From Eledone cirrhosa (lineage: Eukaryota), in NCBI GenBank assembly GCA_964016885.1, contig OZ024740.1:252092001-252156000 (forward strand): a stretch of 64,000 nucleotides of DNA, written 5' to 3'. This document shows, in pieces, positions 1-9,835 of the stretch. The first letter of the stretch is position 1. Each line of letters starts with the position of its first letter. The translations under genes and the position numbers were made by a program. Under the pieces are notes generated by a model. The model saw nothing but the letters and a program-made list of their open reading frames with translations, was not told where the DNA came from and ran no database searches.

Positions 1-78
1 TGTAATTTAATTTAATTTAATTTACTTTAATTCAATTTAATTTAATTTTATTTAATTTAATTTTATTTTATTTTATTT

Positions 79-154
79 AAAAAACGAAACGAAACCGGGG
101 CACCTAAAAAAACAAACGAAAAGAAACCGGGGAACCTAAAAAATCGAACGAAAT
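79..154 (+). repeat. Representative ~75-bp cassette leader built from ~31-32-bp subunits
   Basis: AAAAAACGAAACGAAACC-GGGGCACC-TAAAAAAACAAACGAAAAGAAACCGGGGAACCTAAAAAATCGAACGAAAT. Near-identical copies precede almost every array in the window. Confidence 0.9.
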
Positions 155-694
155 GAAATTATCTCCCCTTGGGTTGCTGGAAATTATCTCAACTCGACCG
201 GCTGGATACTATCTACCCTTGGCCGGCTGGAAATTATCTCCCCTTAGCCGGCTGGAAATTATCTCCCATTGGCCGGCTGGATATTATCTCCCCTTGGCCG
301 GCTGGATGTTATCTCCCCTTGGCCAGCTAGAAATTATCTCCAGTTGGCCGGCTGGAAATTATCTTCTCTTGGCCGGCTGGAAATTATCTCCCTTTGGCCG
401 GCTGCATATTATCTCCCCTTGGCCGGCTGGATATGATCTCCCCTTGGCCGGCTGGAAATTATCTCTCCTTGGCAGGTTGGAAATTATCTCCCTTTGGCCG
501 GCTGAAAATTATCTCCCTTTGGCCGGCTGGATACTATCTCCCCTTGGTCAGCTAGAAATTATCTCCCCTTGGCCGGCTGGATACTATCTCCCCTTGGCCA
601 GCTGGAAATTATCTCCACTTGGCCGGCTGGAAATTATCTCCTCTTCGCCGGCTGGAAATTATCTCGCCTTGGCCGGCTGGAAATTATCTCCTCT
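155..694 (+). repeat. Representative 25-bp monomer array, consensus GAAATTATCTCCCCTTGGCCGGCTG
   Basis: Exact 25-bp periodicity: 540 bp = 21 x 25 + 15. The array starts and ends with the core. Confidence 0.97.
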
Positions 695-923
695 AAATTC
701 AATTAAATTAAATTAAATTAAATTAAATTAAATCAAATTAATTAAATTAATTAATTAATTAATTTTATTTTTTTTATTCTAATTATTTTTATTTTTTTTT
801 TTATTAATTACGTTATTAATTAATTAATTAATTATGTTAATTGATTTTATTTCAATCCAATGTAATTTAATTTAATTTAATTTAATATAATTTAATTTAA
901 TTTAATTTAATTTTATTTTATTT
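695..923. repeat. Representative AT-rich spacer, imperfect inverted repeat
   Basis: Order is (TAAAT)n-AATCAA-(TTAA)n, a T-rich centre ending in TTAATTACGTTA, then (TTAA)n-TTGATT-(ATTTA)n. Confidence 0.9.
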
Positions 924-1249
924 AAAAAACGAAACGAAACCGGGGTACCAAAAAAACGAACGAAAAGAAACCGGGGAACCTAAAAAATCGAACGAAATGA
1001 AATTATCTCCCCTTGGCTTGCTGGAAATTATCTCAACTCGGCCGGCTGGATACTATCTCCCCTTGGCCGGCTGGAAATTATCTCCCCTTAGCCGGCTGGA
1101 AATTATCTCCCCTTGGCCGGCTGGATAATATCTCCCCTTGGCCGGCTGGAAATTATGTTCTCTTGGCCGGCTGGAAATTATCTCCTCTTGGCCGGCTGGA
1201 AATTATCTCCCCTTGGCCGGCTGGATATTATCTGCCCTTGGCCGGCTGG

Positions 1250-4200
1250 AAATTATCTCCCCCTGATTTTTTTACAAATTATCTCCCCCTGATTTTTTTT
1301 ACAAATTATCTCCCCCTGATTTTTTTTACAAATTATCTCCCCTTGATTTTTTTTTACAAATTATCTCCCCCTGATTTTTTTTTTACAAATTATCTCCCCC
1401 TGATTTTTTTTAAAATTATCTTCCCTTGGCTGGCGGGAAATTATCTCCCCTTGGACGGCTGGAAATTATCTCCCCTTGGAAGGATGTAAATTATCTCCCC
1501 TTGGACGGCTGGAAATTATCTCCCCTTGCACGGCTGGAAATTATCTCCCCTTGCACGGCTGGAAATTATCTCCCCTTGATTTTTTTTACAAATTATCTCC
1601 CCCTGATTTTTTTTTACAAATTATCTCCCCCTGATTTTTTTTTACAAGTTATCTCCCCCTGATTTTTTTTACAAATTATCTCCCCCTGAATTTTAAAAAA
1701 AAAATTATCTCCCCTTCGCTGGCTGGAAATTATCTCCCCTTGGACGCTGGAAATTATAGCCCCTTGGAGGGCTGGAAATTATCTTCCCTTGGACGGCTGG
1801 AAATTATCTTCCCTTGGACGGCTGGAAATTATCTCCCCTTGATTTTTTTTACAAATTATCTCCCCCTGATTTTTTTTTACAAATTATCTCCCCCTGATTT
1901 TTTTTACAAATTATCTACCCCTGATTTTTTTTACAAATTATCTCCCCCTGATTTTTTTTTACAAATTATCTCCCTCTGATTTTTTTTTACAAATTATCTC
2001 CCCCTGATTTTTTTTTTACAAATTATCTCCCCCTGATTTTTTTACAAATTATCTCCCCCTGATTTTTTTTACAATCTCCGCCTGATTTTTTAAAAAATTA
2101 TCTTCCCTTGGCTGGCGGGAAATTATCTCCCCTTGGACGGCTGGAAATTATCTCCCCTTGGACGGCTAGAAATTATCTCTCTTTGGACGGCTGGAAATTA
2201 TCTCCCCTTGATTTTTTTTACAAATTATCTCCCCCTGATTTTTTTTACAAATTATCCCCGCATGATTTTTAAAAAAAAAATTATCTCCCCTTCGCTGGCT
2301 GGAAATTATCTCCCCTTGGACGCTGGAAATTATAGCCCCTTGGAGGGCTGGAAATTATCTTCCCTTGGACGGCTGGAAATTATCTCCCCTTGATTTTTTT
2401 TACAAATTATCTCCCCCTGATTTTTTTTTACAAATTATCTCCCCCTGATTTTTTTTTACAAATTATCTCCCCCTGATTTTTTTTTTTACAAATTATCTCC
2501 GCCTGATTTTTAAAAAAAAATTATCTCCCCTTGGACGGCTGGAAATTATCTCCCCTTGGACGGCTGGAAATTATCTCCCCTTGGACGGCTAGAAATTACC
2601 TCTCCTTGGACGGCTGAAAATTATCTCCCCTTGGACGGCTGCAAATTATCTCCCCTTGATTTTTTTTACAAATTATCTCCCCCTGATTTTTTTTACAAAT
2701 TATCTCCCCCTGATTTTTTTTACAAATTATCTCCCCCTGATTTTTTTTTACAAATTATCTCCCCCTGATTTTTTTTTACAAATTATCTCCCCCTGATTTT
2801 TTTTACAAATTATCTCCCCCTGATTTTTTTTACAAATTATCTCCCCCTGATTTTTTTTTACAAATTATCTCCCCTTGATTTTTTTTTACAAATTATCTCC
2901 CCCTGATTTTTTTTTTACAAATTATCTCCCCCTGATTTTTTTACAAATTATCTCCCCCTGATTTTTTTTACAAATTATCTCCCCCTGATTTTTTTTACAA
3001 ATTATCTCCCCTTGATTTTTTTTTACAAATTATCTCCCCCTGATTTTTTTTTTACAAATTATCTCCCCCTGATTTTTTTAAAAATTATCTTCCCTTGGCT
3101 GGCGGGAAATTATCTCCCCTTGGACGGCTGGAAATTATCTCCCCTTGGAAGGATGTAAATTATCTCCCCTTGGACGGCTGGAAATTATCTCCCCTTGCAA
3201 GGCTGGAAATTATCTCCCCTTGATTTTTTTTACAAATTATCTCCCCCTGATTTTTTTTTACAAATTATCTCCCCCTGATTTTTTTTACAAATTATCTCCC
3301 CCTGATTTTTTTTACAAATTATCTCCCCCTGATTTAAAAAAAAAAAATTATCTCCCCTTCGCTGGCTGGAAATTATCTCCCCTTGGACGCTGGAAATTAT
3401 AGCCCCTTGGAGGGCTGGAAATTATCTTCCCTTGGACGGCTGGAAATTATCTTCCCTTGGACGGCTGGAAATTATCTCCCCTTGATTTTTTTTACAAATT
3501 ATCTCCCCCTGATTTTTTTTTACAAATTATCTCCCCCTGATTTTTTTTTACAAATTATCTCCCCCTGATTTTTTTTTTACAAATTATCTCCGCTTGATTT
3601 TTAAAAAAAAATTATCTCCCCTTGGACGGCTGGAAATTATCTCCCCTTGGACGGCTGGAAATTATCTCCCCTTGGACGGCTAGAAATTATCTCTCCTTGG
3701 ACGGCTGAAAATTATCTCCCCTTGGACGGCTGCAAATTATCTCCCCTTGATTTTTTTTACAAATTATCTCCCCCTGATTTTTTTTTACAAATTATCTCCC
3801 CCTCATTTTTTTACAAATTATCTACCCCTGATTTTTTTTACAAATTATCTCCCCCTGATTTTTTTTTACAAATTATCTCCCTCTGATTTTTTTTTACAAA
3901 TTATCTCCCCCTGATTTTTTTTTTACAAATTATCTCCCCCTGATTTTTTAAAAAATTATCTCCCCCTGATTTTTTTACAATCTCCGCCTGATTTTTTTAA
4001 AAATTATCTTCCCTTGGCTGGCGGGAAATTATCTCCCCTTGGACGGCTGGAAATTATCTCCCCTTGGAAGGATGGAAATTATCTCCCCTTGGACGGCAGG
4101 ATATTATCTCCCCTTGCACGGCTGGAAATTATCTCCCCTTGGCTGGAAATTATCTCCCCTTGGACGGCTAGAAATTATCTCTCTTTGGACGGCTGGAAAT

Positions 4201-7200
4201 TATCTCCCTTTGATTTTTTTTACAAATTATCTCCCTCTGATATTTTTTACAAATCTCCCCCTGATTTTTTAAAAAAAATTATCTCCCCTTCGCTGGCTGG
4301 AAATTATCTCCCCTTGGACACTGGAAATTATAGCCCCTTGGAGGGCTGGAAATTATCTTCCCTTGGACGGCTGGAAATTATCTCCCCTTGATTTTTTTTA
4401 CAAATTATCTCCGCCTGATTTTTTTTAAAAATTATCTCTCCTTGGACGGCTGGAAATTATCTCCCCTTGATTTTTTTTACAAATTATCTCCCCCTGATTT
4501 TTTTTACAAATTATCTCCCCCTGATTTTTTTTTACAAATTATCTACCACTGATTTTTTTTACAAATTATCTCCCCCTGATTTTTTTTACAAATTATCTCC
4601 CCCTGATTTTTCTTTTACAAATTATCTCCCCCTGATTTTTTTACAAATTATCTCCCCCTGATTTTTTTTACAAATTATCTCCGCCTGATTTTTTTAAATA
4701 TTATCTTCCCTTGGCTGGCGGGAAATTATCTCCCCTTGGACGGCTGGAAATTATCTGCCCTTGATTTTGTTTTTACAAATTATCTTCCACTGATTTTTTT
4801 TACAAATTATCTCCACCTGATTTTTTAAAAAATTATCTCCCCTTGGAAGGCTGGAAATTATCTCCCCTTGGACGGCTAGAAATTATCTCTCTTTGGACGG
4901 CTGGAAATTATCTCCCCTTGATTTTTTTTACAAATTATCTCCCCCTGATTTTTTTTACAAATATCCCAGTGATTTTTAAAAAAAAATTATCTCCCCTTCG
5001 CTGGCTGGAAATTATCTCCCCTTGGACGCTGGAAATTATAGCCCCTTGGAGGGCTGGAAATTATCTTCCCTTGGACGGCTGGAAATTATCTCCCCTTGAT
5101 TTTTTTTACAAATTATCTCCCCCTGATTTTTTTTTACAAATTATCTCCCCCTGATTTTTTTTTACAAATTATCTCCCCCTGATTTTTTTTTACAACTTAT
5201 CTCCGCCTGATTTTTTTTAAAAAATCATCTCCCCTTGGACGGCTGGAAATTATCTCCCCTTGGACGGCTGGAAATTATCTCTCCTTGGACGGCTAGAAAT
5301 TACCTCTCCTTGGACAATTGAAAATTATCTCCCCTTGGACGGCTGGAAATTATCTCCCCTTGATTTTTTTTACAAATTATCTCCCCCTGATTTTTTTTAC
5401 AAATTATCTCCCCTGATTTTTTTTTACAAATTATCTCTCCCTGATTTTTTTTTACAAATTATCTCCCCCTGATTTTTTTTACAAATTATCTCCCCCTGAT
5501 TTTTTTACAAATTATCTCCCCTTGGCTGGCTGGAAATTATCTCCCCTTGGAGGCAGGAATTTATCTCCCCTTGGACGGCTAGAAATTACCTCTCCTTGGA
5601 CGGCTGGAAAATATGTCTCCTTGGACGGCTGGAAATTATCTCCCCTTGGACGGCTGGAAATTATCTCCCCTTGGACGGCTGGAAATTATCTCCCCTTGGA
5701 CGGCTAGAAATTACCTCTCCTTGGACGGCTGAAAATTATCTCCCCTTGGACGGCTGGAAATTATCTCCCCTTGATTTTTTTACAAATTATCTCCCTCTGA
5801 TTTTTTTTTACAAATTATCTCCCCCTGATTTTTTTTACAAATTATCTCCCCCTGATTTTTTTTACAAATTATCTCCCCCTGATTTTTTTTACAAATTATC
5901 TCCGCCTGATTTTTATAAATATTATCTCTCCTTGGCTGGCGGGAAATTATCTCCCCTTGGACGGCTGCAAATTATCTCCGCTTGATTTTTTTTACAAATT
6001 ATCTCCCCCTGATTTTTTTTTACAAATTATCTCCCCCTGATTTTTTTTACAAATTATCTCCCCCTGATTTTTTTTACAAATTATCTCCCCCTGATTTTTT
6101 TTTACAAATTATCTCCCCTTGATTTTTTTTTACAAATTATCTCCCCCTGATTTTTTTTTTACAAATTATCTCCCCCTGATTTTTTTACAAATTATCTCCC
6201 CCTGATTTTTTTTACAAATTATCTCCCCCTGATTTTTTTTACAAATTATCTCCCCTTGATTTTTTTTTACAAATTATCTCCCCCTGATTTTTTTTTTACA
6301 AATTATCTCCCCCTGATTTTTTTAAAAATTATCTTCCCTTGGCTGGCGGGAAATTATCTCCCCTTGGACGGCTGGAAATTATCTCCCCTTGGAAGGATGT
6401 AAATTATCTCCCCTTGGACGGCTGGAAATTATCTCCCCTTGCACGGCTGGCAATTATCTCCCCTTGATTTTTTTTACAAATTATCTCCCCCTGATTTTTT
6501 TTTACAAATTATCTCCCCCTGATTTTTTTTTACAAATTATCTCCCCCTGATTTTTTTTACAAATTATCTCCCCCTGATTTTTAAAAAAAAAATTATCTCC
6601 CCTTCGCTGGCTGGAAATTATCTCCCCTTGGACGCTGGAAATTATAGCCCCTTGGAGGGCTGGAAATTATCTTCCCTTGGACGGCTGGAAATTATCTTCC
6701 CTTGGACGGCTGGAAATTATCTCCCCTTGATTTTTTTTACAAATTATCTCCCCCTGATTTTTTTTTACAAATTATCTCCCCCTGATTTTTTTTTACAAAT
6801 TATCTCCCCCTGATTTTTTTTTTACAAATTATCTCCGCTTGATTTTTTAAAAAAAATTATCTCCCCTTGGACGGCTGGAAATTATCTCCCCGTGGACGGC
6901 TGGAAATTATCTCCCCTTGGACGGCTAGAAATTATCTCTCCTTGGACGGCTGAAAATTATCTCCCCTTGATTTTTTTTACAAATTATCTCCCCCTGATTT
7001 TTTTTTACAAATTATCTCCCCCTGATTTTTTTTACAAATTATCTACCCCTGATTTTTTTTACAAATTATCTCCCTCTGATTTTTTTTTACAAATTATCTC
7101 CCTCTGATTTTTTTTTACAAATTATCTCCCCCTGATTTTTTTTTTACAAATTATCTCCCCCTGATTTTTTTACAAATTATCTCCCCCTGATTTTTTTTAC

Positions 7201-9835
7201 AATCTCCGCCTGATTTTTTAAAAAATTATCTTCCCTTGGCTGGCGGGAAATTATCTCCCCTTGGACGGCTGGAAATTATCTCCCCTTGGACGGCTAGAAA
7301 TTATCTCTCTTTGGACGGCTGGAAATTATCTCCCCTTGATTTTTTTTACAAATTATCTCCCCCTGATTTTTTTTACAAATTATCCCCGCATGATTTTTTA
7401 AAAAAAAATTATCTCCCCTTCGCTGGCTGGAAATTATCTCCCCTTGGACGCTGGAAATTATAGCCCCTTGGAGGGCTGGAAATTATCTTCCCTTGGACGG
7501 CTGGAAATTATCTCCCCTTGATTTTTTTTACAAATTATCTCCCCCTGATTTTTTTTTACAAATTATCTCCCCCTGATTTTTTTTTACAAATTATCTCCCC
7601 CTGATTTTTTTTTTTACAAATTATCACCGCCTGATTTAAAAAAAAAAATTATCTCCCCTTGGACGGCTGGAAATTATCTCCCCTTGGACGGCTGGAAATT
7701 ATCTCCCCTTGGACGGCTAGAAATTACCTCTCCTTGGACGGCTGAAAATTATCTCCCCTTGGACGGCTGCAAATTATCTCCCCTTGATTTTTTTTACAAA
7801 TTATCTCCCCCTGATTTTTTTTACAAATTATCTCCCCCTGATTTTTTTTACAAATTAACTCCCCCTGATTTTTTTTTACAAATTATCTCCCCCTGATTTT
7901 TTTTTACAAATTATCTCCCCCTGATTTTTTTTACAAATTATCTCCCCCTGATTTTTTTTACAAATTATCTCCCCCTGATTTTTTTTTACAAATTATCTCC
8001 CCTTGATTTTTTTTTACAAATTATCTCCCCCTGATTTTTTTTTTACAAATTATCTCCCCCTGATTTTTTTACAAATTATCTCCCCCTGATTTTTTTTACA
8101 AATTATCTCCCCCTGATTTTTTTTACAAATTATCTCCCCCTGATTTTTTTTTTACAAATTATCTCCCCCTGATTTTTTTAAAAATTATCTTCCCTTGGCT
8201 GGCGGGAAATTATCTCCCCTTGGACGGCTGGAAATTATCTCCCCTTGGAAGGATGTAAATTATCTCCCCTTGGACGGCTGGAAATTATCTCCCCTTGCAC
8301 GGCTGGAAATTATCTCCCCTTGATTTTTTTTACAAATTATCTCCCCCTGATTTTTTTTTACAAATTATCTCCCCCTGATTTTTTTTACAAATTATCTCCC
8401 CCTGATTTTTTTTACAAATTATCTCCCCCTGATTTTTAAAAAAAAAATTATCTCCACTTCGCTGGCTGGAAATTATCTCCCCTTGGACGCTGGAAATTAT
8501 AGCCCCTTGGAGGGCTGGAAATTATCTTCCCTTGGACGGCTGGAAATTATCTTCCCTTGGACGGCTGGAAATTATCTCCCCTTGATTTATTTTACAAATT
8601 ATCTCCCCCTGATTTTTTTTTACAAATTATCTCCCCCTGATTTTTTTTTACAAATTATCTCCCCCTGATTTTTTTTTTACAAATTATCTCCGCTTGATTT
8701 TTTAAAAAAAATTATCTCCCCTTGGACGGCTGGAAATTATCTCCCCTTGGACGGCTGGAAATTATCTCCCCTTGGACGGCTAGAAATTATCTCTCCTTGG
8801 ACGGCTGAAAATTATCTCCCCTTGGACGGCTGCAAATTATCTCCCCTTGATTTTTTTTACAAATTATCTCCCCCTGATTTTTTTTTACAAATTATCTCCC
8901 CCTGATTTTTTTTACAAATTATCTACCCCTGATTTTTTTTACAAATTATCTCCCCCTGATTTTTTTTTACAAATTATCTCCCTCTGATTTTTTTTACAAA
9001 TTATCTCCCCCTGATTTTTTTTTTACAAATTATCTCCCCCTGATTTTTTTAAAAATTATCTCCCCCTGATTTTTTTACAATCTCCGCCTGATTTTTTTAA
9101 AAATTATCTTCCCTTGGCTGGCGGGAAATTATCTCCCCTTGGACGGCTGGAAATTATCTCCCCTTGGAAGGATGGAAATTATCTCCCCTTGGATGGCTGG
9201 AAATTATCTCCCCTTGCACGGCTGGAAATTATCTCCCCTTGGCTGGAAATTATCTCCCCTTGGACGGCTAGAAATTATCTCTCTTTGGACGGCTGGAAAT
9301 TATCTCCCTTTGATTTTTTTTACAAATTATCTCCCTCTGATATTTTTTACAAATCTCCCCCTGATTTTTAAAAAAAAATTATCTCCCCTTCGCTGGCTGG
9401 AAATTATCTCCCCTTGGACACTGGAAATTAGAGCCCCTTGGAGGGCTGGAAATTATCTTCCCTTGGACGGCTGGAAATTATCTCCCCTTGATTTTTTTTA
9501 CAAATTATCTCCGCCTGATTTTTTTTTAAAATTATCTCTCCTTGGACGGCTGGAAATTATCTCCCCTTGATTTTTTTTACAAATTATCTCCCCCTGATTT
9601 TTTTTTACAAATTATCTCCCCCTGATTTTTTTTTACAAATTATCTACCCCTGATTTTTTTTACAAATTATCTCCCCCTGATTTTTTTTACAAATTATCTC
9701 CCCCTGATTTTTCTTTTACAAATTATCTCCCCCTGATTTTTTTACAAATTATCTCCCCCTGATTTTTTTTACAAATTATCTCCGCCTGATTTTTTTAAAT
9801 ATTATCTTCCCTTGGCTGGCGGGAAATTATCTCCC
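1250..9835 (+). repeat. Sister satellite domain with alternating blocks of 25-bp GGACGG-type and ~27-29-bp oligo-T-type monomers
   Basis: Monomers are GGAAATTATCTCCCCTTGGACGGCT and ACAAATTATCTCCCCCTGAT(7-11). I saw no leaders, AT spacers or GGCCGG monomers inside the domain. Confidence 0.95.
6955..9835 (+). repeat. Direct duplicate of ~1830-4735 (offset ~5.1 kb)
   Basis: Matching ORF-track pairs: 2556/7684 (offset 5128), and 3145/8245, 3383/8483, 4014/9114 (offset 5100). Rare variants are shared, such as TATCCCCGCATG and GGACACTGG. Confidence 0.9.

Larger units (their letters stand above)
1..1249 (+). repeat. Main compound satellite (leader + 25-bp monomer array + AT spacer), left segment
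   Basis: Leader at ~79-154, array at 155-694 (21 full monomers plus a terminal core), AT spacer at ~695-923, then a second leader at ~924 and an array from 999. Confidence 0.95.

Noticed and set aside
154-170. NF-kB/Rel-like site in GGAAATTATCTCC
   Set aside because: The spacing does not fit GGGRNNYYCC, so the resemblance is only partial.
695-923. (TAAAT)n/(ATTTA)n as telomeric repeats, AU-rich elements or promoters
   Set aside because: They do not match known G-rich telomere motifs, occur in both orientations within each spacer, and have no associated gene.
1426-9570. Phe-rich, membrane-like ORFs (KLSPPDFFY, NYLPLIFFT)
   Set aside because: They are translations of oligo-T monomers, with the frame broken by variable T-run length.
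1262-9800. T-run length (7-11) as an information-bearing code or as terminators
   Set aside because: Slippage or homopolymer sequencing error explains the variation. No GC hairpin or recognisable Pol III gene precedes the runs.
1250-9835. Sister domain as a transposon insertion
   Set aside because: No terminal inverted repeats, LTRs, target-site duplication or coding capacity. It consists only of related monomers.
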